NCBI GenBank assembly: GCA_964451165.1
Contig: CAYVGJ010000006.1
Span: forward strand, 1-25,273
Direction: 5' to 3'
DNA length: 25,273 nucleotides
Source: an uncultured bacterium
GTDB taxonomy: Bacteria; Auribacterota; Auribacteria; Auribacterales; Auribacteraceae
The notes below the pieces were generated by a model. That model did not search any database. It had not been told where the DNA came from and saw nothing but the letters and a program-made list of their open reading frames with translations. Positions 16,409 through 25,273 of the stretch are shown here, piece after piece. Made by a program: the position numbers and the translations under genes. Positions within the stretch are counted from its first letter, which is position 1. Each line of letters begins with the position of its first letter.

Positions 16409-17907
16409 ATTTCCTCTTTCTCAATTTTTTCAGCTAACGCAACGGCTTTAAAAAGTCCTTTGCCTTTATTAATTGTCTCATAATATTCGGATTCCGGATT
16501 TGAATCCGCAACTATTCCTGCACCAGCCTGAATATACACTTTGTCATCCTTTAAGACAATTGTACGAATAGTTATTGCAGTATCAAGGTTTCCGTTGAAA
16601 CTGAAATACCCTACAGCACCGGCGTATGGCCCGCGCTTGAGTTTCTCAAGTTCTTCTATTATTTGCATTGCCCGTATCTTAGGCGCACCGCTGACTGTCC
16701 CTGCGGGAAACGATGCTTTTACAACATCAAATATATCGGCGCCGTCTTTCAATTTACCTTTTACATCAGATACGATATGCATTACATGCGAATAATATTC
16801 TATTATCATACATTCGTTATTATCTACGGCAACCGTATTAAATTCACAGACTCTGCCAAGATCATTGCGCCCGAGATCCAAAAGCATAACATGTTCCGCA
16901 ATTTCCTTAGGGTCTGCCAGTAAATCCTTAGCCAATTCAGCATCCTCACTACAATCTTTGCCTCGTTGCCTTGTACCCGCAATAGGACGGATTTCTGCGA
17001 CCTTATTAATACATCTAACCATAATTTCAGGTGATGAACCTATAACCTGAAAACCGTCAAGATTTAGATAATACATATATGGAGATGGATTAATCGATCG
17101 TAATGCCCGGTATATATTTAGCGGCGAAGCGGTAGTGGAAGATGAAAATCTCTGAGAAAGAACAACTTGAAAAATATCGCCGGCTTTAATGTATTCTTTA
17201 GCTTTTATAACCGATTGTTCAAATTCATCTTTGGTTATATTTGATTCCATACTCTTTTGTTCTGATGATTCTATAAATTCACATGGCGCGAATGAGATTT
17301 TTTGCGATAGTTTCAGAATTATATTGTCTATATCCGATATTGCTTTTTTATAAGCCTGTTCAGCCTCATTGATATCGTTTACATGAGCATTTGACATAAC
17401 AATAATCTTGTTTTTTACATGATCAAATATTACAAGAGTATCCGTTATCATGAAATAGGATTCATCTATACACAGATCGTCGAAATTCTTTTGCGGAATA
17501 TTCTCGAAAAATCGGACCATTCCATAACCCAAATATCCGATAGCGCCACCGCAAAATATTGGCAATTCAGGGATTATTACAGGATTGTATTGATTCATAA
17601 TCTTTTTTAGTTCAATAAATGGATCACCGGTAATATTTATAGAATAAGACAATCCGTTTTCATCAACTATTACCTCATTGGATTTAACCCTGACTACACA
17701 TCTCGGTTTATTACCTATAAAAGAATACCTTCCGATTCGCTCGTTTTTCTCAACACTTTCCATAAGAAAAGTATTTTTTTGATCGGCATCAAGTTTTCTC
17801 AAAATCGACAACGGGGTTTCCATATCGCCGAGAATTTCTTTATAGACGGGAACGAGATTCCCTTTATTAAGCAAATCTTTAAATTGATCAAAATCAGGTT
17901 TATACAT
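16405..17907 (-). CDS. trpE: Anthranilate synthase component I (TrpE; PabB not excluded)
   Basis: Chorismate-binding enzyme motifs (GAGIVADSNPESEYYETINK, PKIRAMQIIEELE) and an N-terminal FLMES-x10-S that matches the TrpE LLES-x10-S feedback motif. 500 aa. Confidence 0.7.
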   Translation of the reverse strand: MYKPDFDQFKDLLNKGNLVPVYKEILGDMETPLSILRKLDADQKNTFLMESVEKNERIGRYSFIGNKPRCVVRVKSNEVIVDENGLSYSINITGDPFIELKKIMNQYNPVIIPELPIFCGGAIGYLGYGMVRFFENIPQKNFDDLCIDESYFMITDTLVIFDHVKNKIIVMSNAHVNDINEAEQAYKKAISDIDNIILKLSQKISFAPCEFIESSEQKSMESNITKDEFEQSVIKAKEYIKAGDIFQVVLSQRFSSSTTASPLNIYRALRSINPSPYMYYLNLDGFQVIGSSPEIMVRCINKVAEIRPIAGTRQRGKDCSEDAELAKDLLADPKEIAEHVMLLDLGRNDLGRVCEFNTVAVDNNECMIIEYYSHVMHIVSDVKGKLKDGADIFDVVKASFPAGTVSGAPKIRAMQIIEELEKLKRGPYAGAVGYFSFNGNLDTAITIRTIVLKDDKVYIQAGAGIVADSNPESEYYETINKGKGLFKAVALAEKIEKEEI

Positions 17908-17930
17908 AATTGCCTTTCAGAAAAAAATTT

Positions 17931-18572
17931 TTATTTTTGAGACTTGGCATTTTGGAGTTTTTCAAATAACTCTTTTTGAGGGCTATTGAGAGACTCAAGT
18001 TTGTTCAAGATTTTTTCGGCATCATCAAATTTCTTTAATCCTATGTTTGAATATGCAAGCTGTTGCATGGAACCTATATGATCCGGTTTGAGAGATAGTG
18101 ATTTATCCAGATATTTCACTGCTTCTTCATAATTAGCCATTTTATTATATATATGTCCGAGATTATAATAAATCAGATAAACATCCGCATAATTAGAATC
18201 AATTTCAAGAGCTTTATTGAATTCGGTTATAGCTTCCTGATTCCTGCCTAAATCTTTGTATGTATGGGCAAGATTCAAATGAAGAACAAATAATGCCGGA
18301 TTTATTTCTATAGCTTTGAGAAGCTGATTCAATGATTCTTCTTTCATATCGAGATTATCATAAATTATACTCATATTGAATCTGATGCGCGTTTCCATAT
18401 CTTTATCGGGATTTTGTGAAAGTGCGGATTGATATTCTTTTAATGCATCTTGATACATCCCTTTCTGAGTATATACATATGCCCTGTTATAATTATCCTC
18501 AGTGATTTGTGCAAATAATGAAACCGGTAAAATAAGAAACATAAAAAACCAGAAAAATATTTGTTTGAACAT
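17931..18572 (-). CDS. Secreted TPR-repeat protein
   Basis: Signal peptide MFKQIFFWFFMFLILPVSLFAQ followed by several 34-aa TPR-like repeats (AL.EY..AL...P, A..N.G..Y). Confidence 0.65.
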   Translation of the reverse strand: MFKQIFFWFFMFLILPVSLFAQITEDNYNRAYVYTQKGMYQDALKEYQSALSQNPDKDMETRIRFNMSIIYDNLDMKEESLNQLLKAIEINPALFVLHLNLAHTYKDLGRNQEAITEFNKALEIDSNYADVYLIYYNLGHIYNKMANYEEAVKYLDKSLSLKPDHIGSMQQLAYSNIGLKKFDDAEKILNKLESLNSPQKELFEKLQNAKSQK

Positions 18573-18635
18573 TAATTGCTCCTTTCTTTATATGAATTTT
18601 ATATATATTATATTGCTTGTAAACTAAATATTGTA

Positions 18636-20438
18636 TTAGAACCTATATAATTTATCTAATTCTTTTTTTACTCCGGGCTGATTCGGATTTATTCTTAATG
18701 AAATTTTATAACATTGCGCGGCTTTATCTAATTTGTTTAAAAATTTATAGCATGCCGCCATATTGTTTAGAGCTAAATAATATTGAGAATTGATATTTAA
18801 CGCTTTCTGAAAAAAAATCAGAGCATTGTTCTGATTTCCGATTTTTGAATAAATTATACCAATGAAATTAAGCGATTCAAAATCGTTTTTATCCAAACTT
18901 AAACATTTTTGAAAAAACTCAAGCGATAGATCAAATTTATTGGTATCAAAATATAGCCTTGCGAGATTGTATATGACATACTCATTATGCGGATCGAGAA
19001 GATATGCTCGCTGAAGTAATTCAAGCCCTTTTTTTACATCTTTTTTTTCAGATAAATACCATGACGCCAACTTATTATAGTCATCACTCAGTTGTGGCTT
19101 TTCCATATTCCAACTTACCGCAACATATATTATTGATACAATAAATAAATATGTAACCAACCGTTTCCAGTTGCGCAATGAATTTAAAACAATGAATATA
19201 CCATGCGAAGAGAATAAAATAAGAGCGGGTACCACAGGAAGCCTATATCTTGAATTTACAAAATAAAGTATAACGGATATAAACTGGCAAAATATAAAAT
19301 ACCGCAAAACTGATTTGCCCGAATTCTCTTTCAAACTGAATAATATTCCAAAAATTGCCCACGGTACGATGAGAAAAAAAGAAATCATCGGGATTCTAAT
19401 TAATGATGAAAACCTCTCGTAAAACTCAATATTCACAAAATCAGGGATTTCTCCGCCCTGCCAGAATAAATATGTTTTTTTAAATTGCAATAAAATATAC
19501 TTAAAAGGATTATGGAAAATATAATTGTATGCTTTGTTTTTCCAGAATTTTGATGATTCGGATTGCTTAAGTTTTTTGCCTGATTCTTTTTCAGCTAACC
19601 GGTGTGAATTTTCTATCATTTGTTCACCCTGGCGCCCAATACCTTTTATGGAATGCATTTTCCCTGAAGCGTCTTTATTGTTTCCAATATAAAAATTTAT
19701 ACCGCTGTGTGCGGTTAAAATGACAAAATCTTTTCCTACCAGATAGTTCCTCAATCCACTTATTCCAAGAATAATTCCGCAACCTATAAAACACAAAATA
19801 AATCCGATCAAAAATTCCTTTTTCAGATTTTTTCGGAATTTGAAAAGAAATCCCAAAAAAACTATAAATGGATATAGCAGAATGGATGGCCTGCATAAAG
19901 ATGAAATACCTGTAAGAATCCCAAATATAAAACCTGAAGGTAAAGAAAAAGTTTTTATGAATTTTAACGATACGAGCAGTACAATAAGATATAGAAAAAT
20001 TTCAAGGCAAGTACCTATCAATTCGCAGTCATAAAAAATAAATGGTTTATAAAATACTGCCAGTAATGATGATAAAATAGCGATTTTACGGTTGAAAATA
20101 TTTTTTCCGAGAAAATATAACATCACACAACTAACCGATCCCATAATAATCTGGATAAACTTTGCGATATAAACGTTAATTCCAAAAATTTTATATATCA
20201 ACGCAAGAAAATATGCGTAAAGCGGCAACCCCTTAAATACAGAATTCCCTAACCAGTCGCCGGAAGATATTTTTATTGCCCAGTTATGATAGAATAATGG
20301 ATCTAATGAATGCGGAATAAAAAATGGACAACCTTTTATCTGCTCAAGAAAAACTAATCTGATAGAAAAAGCGAAAATAAAAACCAGAAAAGCTGATATG
20401 AAATCAGCATGTTTTAATAAAGTATGCAATCTTTTCAA
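18636..20438 (-). CDS. GT-C fold glycosyltransferase (PMT_2/ArnT/GT39-like) with C-terminal TPR repeats (TMTC-like architecture)
   Basis: About 400 aa with 10 or more TM helices, including an early periplasmic loop and typical spacing for polyprenyl-phosphate-sugar-dependent transferases. The C-terminal ~150 aa hold TPR repeats (YNLARLYFDTNKFDLSLEFFQKCLSLD...). AAGGAG SD 6 nt upstream. Confidence 0.6.
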   Translation of the reverse strand: MKRLHTLLKHADFISAFLVFIFAFSIRLVFLEQIKGCPFFIPHSLDPLFYHNWAIKISSGDWLGNSVFKGLPLYAYFLALIYKIFGINVYIAKFIQIIMGSVSCVMLYFLGKNIFNRKIAILSSLLAVFYKPFIFYDCELIGTCLEIFLYLIVLLVSLKFIKTFSLPSGFIFGILTGISSLCRPSILLYPFIVFLGFLFKFRKNLKKEFLIGFILCFIGCGIILGISGLRNYLVGKDFVILTAHSGINFYIGNNKDASGKMHSIKGIGRQGEQMIENSHRLAEKESGKKLKQSESSKFWKNKAYNYIFHNPFKYILLQFKKTYLFWQGGEIPDFVNIEFYERFSSLIRIPMISFFLIVPWAIFGILFSLKENSGKSVLRYFIFCQFISVILYFVNSRYRLPVVPALILFSSHGIFIVLNSLRNWKRLVTYLFIVSIIYVAVSWNMEKPQLSDDYNKLASWYLSEKKDVKKGLELLQRAYLLDPHNEYVIYNLARLYFDTNKFDLSLEFFQKCLSLDKNDFESLNFIGIIYSKIGNQNNALIFFQKALNINSQYYLALNNMAACYKFLNKLDKAAQCYKISLRINPNQPGVKKELDKLYRF

Positions 20439-20442
20439 AATA

Positions 20443-21429
20443 TTAATTATCGTTTTTATTATTTTGAGTATTTAATTCTATTCTTCTTACCCGTACCTGA
20501 ATATCTTCAGATAGTTTTCTAACCGTAGCTACTACATCGGCTAAAAGTGCGAACATAATTAGCTGGAATCCCAAAGTTAAAAATACGGAAGCAAGGATTA
20601 ATGATTGTATATGGCCTCCGCCACTACCCGTTAAATAAAAATATATAAATCTTAGTCCCAATAATGTTCCGATAAAAAATATTGACGAGCCTATATATAA
20701 AAAATATTTCAGAGGCCTGTATAAAACGCTTACACGAATCAATGTGGTTATTGATCTTGAAATATAAGCGGGAATACTTTTAAATAATCTTGATTCACGT
20801 GTTTTTACGTTAACCCTGATGGGCACATATATTAATTTCAATTTTTTTTCTCCGGCCTGAATCAGTGTTTCAAGGGTATATGTATATTCCGAAAAAACAT
20901 TGATTTGCAAAGCGGCTTCTTTTGAAAACGCTCGAAATCCTGATGTAGCATCCGGCACTTCCGTTCTCGAGAAGATTCTTACAACAAAACTTCCAAATTT
21001 TTGCAGTTTTTTCTTTATCCATGAGAAATCTTTTATGGAATCGATCGGGCGTACACCTACTACCATATCGGCATATCCTTTGGCAATAGGTTCAACAAGT
21101 CTGGCAATATCACCTCCGCAATATTGGTTATCCGCGTCAGTATTGACAATGATATCGGCTCCGTATTTAAGGCAAGCGTCAAGACCGGCACGAAATCCGT
21201 TTGCCAATCCCTTATTTCTTCTGAAACGTATTATATGATTGACTCCGAGTTTTTTTGCTACTTCCGAAGTTCTATCTGTGCTTCCGTCATCAATGATAAG
21301 CGTTTCTATTTCGGTAATGTTATCTATTTTTTTAGGTAAATCAGCGATAACTGCCGGCAAAGTTTTTTCTTCATTATAACAAGGTATTTGTATTATTAAT
21401 TTCATTTCTTGCACCCCGATCAAAATCAA
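20443..21429 (-). CDS. GT2 polyprenyl-phosphate sugar synthase (Dpm1/ArnC/GtrB-like) with C-terminal TM helices
   Basis: KLIIQIPCYNEEKTLPAVIADLP...LIIDDGSTDRTSEVA...VNTDADNQY (DxD), plus two C-terminal TM helices typical of GtrB/ArnC. There is a 4-nt overlap with rlmI. Confidence 0.7.
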   Translation of the reverse strand: MILIGVQEMKLIIQIPCYNEEKTLPAVIADLPKKIDNITEIETLIIDDGSTDRTSEVAKKLGVNHIIRFRRNKGLANGFRAGLDACLKYGADIIVNTDADNQYCGGDIARLVEPIAKGYADMVVGVRPIDSIKDFSWIKKKLQKFGSFVVRIFSRTEVPDATSGFRAFSKEAALQINVFSEYTYTLETLIQAGEKKLKLIYVPIRVNVKTRESRLFKSIPAYISRSITTLIRVSVLYRPLKYFLYIGSSIFFIGTLLGLRFIYFYLTGSGGGHIQSLILASVFLTLGFQLIMFALLADVVATVRKLSEDIQVRVRRIELNTQNNKNDN

Positions 21430-22598
21430 TTAACTATCAGAATCAACCCTTTAAAATATTCAGTTTCCGGATGATATATGTTAACAGGATGATCCGGTTC
21501 CTGACAAATAGTTTTCACAATCCTTATATTTTTTCCTGTGTCTTTAGCGGACGCGAAAATTATTTTTTTAAACAAATCCATAGATATATGATGCGAACAA
21601 CATAATGTTATTATCATTGCTCCGTCTTCAGTTAATTTCATCGCGTTCATGTTTATATCTTTGTATGCTCGAGCGGATTTATCGATATGCGATTTTTTCT
21701 GGCATAACGGAGGCGGATCAACAATAATCATATCATATTTGTTTGTCACTTTTCTTATATACTCAAATGCGTTCTCACAAACCGACTCATGTTTAGACGT
21801 AAGGGCACGGTATTTTAATTCATTTTCAAGAAACCCCAAAAAAGTTTTTGATGATTCTACCGATTTTACAAACGAGGCTCCGGATTCCAGAGCGCATAAA
21901 CTCAGGCTCCCTGTGTAACTGAATAAATTCAAAACAGATAAATCTTCCGCATAATTTTTTACAAAAGACCGTACTCCCCTCAAATCAAGATAAAAACCTG
22001 TTTTTTGCCCGGATTTGATTAAAACAGGATATTTTATGCCGTCCTCAGTAATATAAAATAAATCAGGAGGAATCTCGCCATATATACAACCGGATTTGAC
22101 TTCAATCCCCTCTTCTGATTTTAAAGATGTTTCTGAACGATCATAGATTCCTTTTGGATTGTATTTATCAACGAGAATTTCAGTAATTAATTCTTTTCTT
22201 GAATATAATCCCGCGCTTGTAAATTGAACAACAATATATTCGCCGAATTTATCCGCGGAAAACCCCGACAAAAAATCGCCCGAATCATTAAATAATCTTA
22301 TCGCGTCTGAGGATATATTAAGTTTTTGCCTGAATTTAACGGCATTTTCAATTTTACCGGCAAAAAAGTTTTTATTTATATCTTCTTTTTTGAAAGTTGC
22401 TATTCTAACTTTGATATTTGAAAAATCGTTGTAAAAACCTCTTGCGAGAAATTCGCCTTTCGATGAAATGAGATCAACTATATCTCCCGTTTTTGGATCG
22501 CCACCTATTTTTTCTATAGAACCGCTGAATACCCATGGATGGCGGGCAAGAATTGATTTTTCTCTACCGGATTTTATTGTTATTTGTCCACTGAACAT
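21426..22598 (-). CDS. rlmI: 23S rRNA (cytosine1962-C5)-methyltransferase RlmI
   Basis: The N-terminus [26 protein letters not shown] closely parallels E. coli RlmI ([21 protein letters not shown]). A PUA-like region is followed by the MTase motif IV [8 protein letters not shown]. Confidence 0.85.
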   Translation of the reverse strand: [390 protein letters not shown]

Positions 22599-22712
22599 AA
22601 TATTATATATTAGAAATTTGCTTGGGTTTATTTTAGTATAAACAAACTCACTGATTTTAAACTATAATAAATATATCCTCAACATTTTTTGTATCAAAAA
22701 GGAGTATATAAT

Positions 22713-23642
22713 ATGCCGAAATTAACTTTAATAGGAATAATTATATCTGTTTTAAGCTTGATAATTATTTTAGCGCCAAAAAAAGTGACAAAAACAGAGA
22801 TCACTACATTATCTATCGGTGGATTAATTCTCGGTATTTTGCTTATTGTCGGAAGTGGAATGAGAATTGTCAATGCCGGAAACATCGGTGTACAAACTTT
22901 TTTCGGGAATGTTAAAGACAAAGTTCTTGATGCGGGAATACATGTTGTAAATCCCCTGATCAAAGTTACCCAAATGAGCATAAGAACTCAGGCGTATACG
23001 ATGAGCGGAGTTATCGAGGAAGGCCAGTATAAAAGCGATGATGCGATAGTCGCGCTAACTTCCGATGGCGTTTCGATAAAACTTGATGTTACTGTATGGT
23101 TTCATCTTATTAAGGAAAACGCGGCTGATGTCTATAAAAATATCGGCATGGATTATACTGAAAAGATAGTGCGTCCTGCTGCAAGAACCGCTGTCAGAAA
23201 CGCTGTTGTTGAATTCAAAGCGGAAGATATTTATTCCGCAAAAAGAAACGATGTAGTACAGAATATGGAAAGCCAACTTGAATCCGATCTTGGTAAACGT
23301 GGTATAAAAATGGAAAAAATTCTTTTAAGAAATGTTATCCTCCCTCCTCTGATCAGTAGGGCAATAGATGAGAAAATATCGGCTCTTCAGGATGCGCAGA
23401 AAATGGAATTTGTTCTTCAAAAAGAAGAACTGGAAGCAAAACGCAAAGAACTTGAGGCAAAAGGCATTGCAAAATCACAAACAATAATCGCCGATTCTTT
23501 AACAGAATCGTATTTGACATGGTATTATATTCAAGCATTGAAAGGGCTTGCCGGTTCAGAAAATAATGCTTTTGTGATTGCTCCTTTTGATCAGAAACTT
23601 GTACCGCTTCTAAACGTAAACGCGAAAGAAAATAAAAAATAA
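22713..23642 (+). CDS. SPFH/band-7 (prohibitin/stomatin-like) membrane protein
   Basis: N-terminal TM MPKLTLIGIIISVLSLIIILA, then an SPFH core (NAGNIGVQTFFGNVKDKVLDAGIHVVNPL...), then a C-terminal coiled coil (EELEAKRKELEAKGIAKSQ). I prefer the ATG at 22713, which has GGAG 8 nt upstream, over the TTG at 22689 used by the ORF track. Confidence 0.75.
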   Translation: MPKLTLIGIIISVLSLIIILAPKKVTKTEITTLSIGGLILGILLIVGSGMRIVNAGNIGVQTFFGNVKDKVLDAGIHVVNPLIKVTQMSIRTQAYTMSGVIEEGQYKSDDAIVALTSDGVSIKLDVTVWFHLIKENAADVYKNIGMDYTEKIVRPAARTAVRNAVVEFKAEDIYSAKRNDVVQNMESQLESDLGKRGIKMEKILLRNVILPPLISRAIDEKISALQDAQKMEFVLQKEELEAKRKELEAKGIAKSQTIIADSLTESYLTWYYIQALKGLAGSENNAFVIAPFDQKLVPLLNVNAKENKK

Positions 23643-23660
23643 TATCGAGGTATTTTTGAC

Positions 23661-24341
23661 ATGGTTAAAATCACTTATTTTGGGCATTCATCCGTAAAAG
23701 TTGAAAACGAATACACATCGGTTTTTATAGATCCTTTTTTTATAAATAATCCATCATCAACAATAAAGAATTTGAATAGTATAAAAGCGGATTATATTGT
23801 CGTTACTCATGCTCACGCTGATCATCTTGGAGATACTGTGGCTATAGCGCAAAATAACAATTCGCTTGTTTTATCGAATTCGGAGATTATTTCACGAATA
23901 AGCAATTATGATATAAAATGCCATGCTATGTATATCAGCGGCAAATATAACATTGTATCCGGATGGATAAAATTTTTCCCGGCTCTTCATGGTTCATCTT
24001 TTGAAGATGGTACTTATGGAGGGTTGGCAATAGGTGTTATGATTAAACTTGACGGCAAAATGATTTATCATGCCGGAGACACAGGCCTTACGGTAGAGTT
24101 TAAAGCCATAGGTGAACTTTATAATGTTGATATCGCGCTACTTCCGGTTGGAGGAAATTTCACAATGGATTGCGCGGATGCGGCAATTGCGGCGAAATGG
24201 ATTGGTGCAAAAAAAGTTATACCCATACACTATAATACATGGGATAGAATCGCTGTTAAAGAACAGGATATAATAAACAGTTTTCAAAACATAACCGAAT
24301 TACAGATACTAAAATGCAACCAGTCAATGATCATGGATTAA
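23661..24341 (+). CDS. Metallo-beta-lactamase fold metal-dependent hydrolase (UPF0173-like)
   Basis: MVKITYFGHSSVKVE...VTHAHADHLGD (HxHxDH), a later HAGDTG, and a C-terminal IPIHYNTW. 226 aa. Confidence 0.7.
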   Translation: MVKITYFGHSSVKVENEYTSVFIDPFFINNPSSTIKNLNSIKADYIVVTHAHADHLGDTVAIAQNNNSLVLSNSEIISRISNYDIKCHAMYISGKYNIVSGWIKFFPALHGSSFEDGTYGGLAIGVMIKLDGKMIYHAGDTGLTVEFKAIGELYNVDIALLPVGGNFTMDCADAAIAAKWIGAKKVIPIHYNTWDRIAVKEQDIINSFQNITELQILKCNQSMIMD

Positions 24342-24344
24342 TAT

Positions 24345-24887
24345 ATGAAAACAGTTTCTCTATCAAATGCATACAGAATTATAAATCATAATCCGTTGTT
24401 GCTTGTAACTTCATCTGATGGAATAAAAACAAGTGTTCTTCCTGTTGCATGGTATATGCCTGTATCGAAAGATCCTTTTGAAATAGCTATGTGTCTGAGT
24501 CTATCTCATTTTACAACGAAATTAATTTTAGAATATAGAGAAGCTGTTCTCAATATTGCGTATCATACACAGATAGACTTAATAATGAAATGTGGAAAAT
24601 CTCATGGAAACCAGATAAATAAAATAATTGAATTTGATATTCCGGTAGCGCCGGTCGATAATTTTAAGTCACCTTATATAACCTCTTGCGCCGGATACCT
24701 TGCGGCTAAATTACTCGATCCCGATCTCGCGCAAAAGGAAGAGATATTCAAATTCAAGATCATAGAAACAAAAGTTGAAGAAACCATATTCACTGATCGT
24801 TGGTTGATCGGAGAAAACACAAAAGCAAAATTCCTGCATCATCTTGGCGGCGGGTATTTCGTATCCGATGGTAATTTATTGGTTTAA
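24345..24887 (+). CDS. Flavin reductase-like (FMN-binding split-barrel) domain protein
   Basis: NPLLLVTSSDGIKTSVLPVAWYMPVS (compare the flavin reductase pattern NP..LVT...G..N..P..W); 180 aa; start-stop coupled to the upstream MBL gene. Confidence 0.5.
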   Translation: MKTVSLSNAYRIINHNPLLLVTSSDGIKTSVLPVAWYMPVSKDPFEIAMCLSLSHFTTKLILEYREAVLNIAYHTQIDLIMKCGKSHGNQINKIIEFDIPVAPVDNFKSPYITSCAGYLAAKLLDPDLAQKEEIFKFKIIETKVEETIFTDRWLIGENTKAKFLHHLGGGYFVSDGNLLV

Positions 24888-25243
24888 AAGTAACAGGGTT
24901 TATTTGTCCAGGCGAGCAATACATCAACCTGAATCGCTTTAGCGACTCCAAACAGAGTAAATCCCCATAAAGCTATCCATAAAACGGTGCACAAATATTT
25001 GTTTTGTAATAAACAAATATTTTTATGCATGTGCAAAATGCCATACGCGGAAAGCAATAAGAACCAGGGAACTGCGGGAAGAATATATCTCGACTGAAAA
25101 TTTCCCCAGAATATAAAAAATACAAGAATCAAAAAAGAGTAAATAACAGGCATTAATTTATGTTCCCTGTCTTTCCAGCTAATAAGAAATGGTGAAATGT
25201 ATCCTATGATATAAACAGGAAAATACTCAAACAGTTTTTTCAT
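24884..25243 (-). CDS. Hypothetical small integral membrane protein
   Basis: 119 aa with three to four hydrophobic segments. Its stop overlaps the stop of the convergent flavin reductase-like gene by 4 nt. Confidence 0.4.
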   Translation of the reverse strand: MKKLFEYFPVYIIGYISPFLISWKDREHKLMPVIYSFLILVFFIFWGNFQSRYILPAVPWFLLLSAYGILHMHKNICLLQNKYLCTVLWIALWGFTLFGVAKAIQVDVLLAWTNKPCYF

Positions 25244-25273
25244 ATAAAAGTACCATGGTTCACTTTTGAAAAA

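Noticed and set aside
17908-17930. trp leader peptide, attenuator or T-box upstream of trpE
   Set aside because: Only 23 nt separate the trpE ATG from the preceding TPR gene's stop, which is too short for any leader or riboswitch.
7048-21918. Numerous 60-130-aa ORFs listed in the track that overlap larger genes on the opposite strand, for example 7048..7236, 8046..8507, 11256..11450, 12187..13488, 15662..15967, 16541..17050, 17419..17610, 19675..20034, 20900..21339, 21649..21918
   Set aside because: All are embedded antisense in ORFs with strong family motifs. None has a convincing SD or conserved-looking sequence.
22689-22712. TTG start at 22689 for the SPFH gene, as used by the ORF track
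   Set aside because: A GGAG at 22701-22704 sits 8 nt upstream of an ATG at 22713 that begins a classic N-terminal TM (MPKLTLIGII...). The ATG start is better supported.
1-25273. CRISPR arrays, IS elements, integrases and prophage genes
   Set aside because: I saw no regularly spaced direct repeats, transposase/integrase-like ORFs or terminal inverted repeats. The tRNA 3' end faces out of the window, so an integrated element, if one exists, would lie outside it.

Overview
This is a low-GC bacterial chromosomal segment; GC is roughly 25-35% in the glycan genes and roughly 40-47% in housekeeping genes, estimated from hand-counted 60-nt windows. Coding density is high and Shine-Dalgarno sites are clear. 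I call one tRNA, tRNA-Arg(UCG), and about 25 protein-coding genes. I found no CRISPR array, transposase, integrase or rRNA. From the left end, the gene order is as follows. pckA-like PEP carboxykinase sits next to the tRNA-Arg. A low-GC surface-glycan cluster follows at 1952-7871 (GT2, SAM methyltransferase, radical SAM/SPASM enzyme and MOP/Wzx flippase on the minus strand; a second GT2 and a zinc-ribbon methyltransferase divergently on the plus strand). A 14.7-kb run of minus-strand genes then spans 7894-22598, many with 4-nt start/stop overlaps: rlmI, Dpm1-like GT2, GT-C+TPR (TMTC/PMT-like), TPR, trpE, trpG, nif3, a secreted hypothetical, recQ, an IspH-membrane-domain fusion, ogt, a tiny lipoprotein, a coiled-coil membrane protein and suhB. 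A short plus-strand block at the right end holds SPFH, an MBL-fold hydrolase and a flavin reductase-like gene. The observations most worth a second look are these. (1) IspH is fused to a roughly 300-aa polytopic membrane domain that carries a UbiA-like Asp-rich motif, and the fusion sits between recQ and ogt in a tightly coupled array. (2) A radical SAM/SPASM enzyme is translationally overlapped with a methyltransferase and a flippase inside the glycan cluster. (3) A Dpm1-like synthase is paired with a TMTC-like GT-C+TPR transferase. (4) RecQ carries a roughly 170-aa insertion ahead of its zinc-binding motif. All functional calls rest on motif recognition by eye; I ran no database search.
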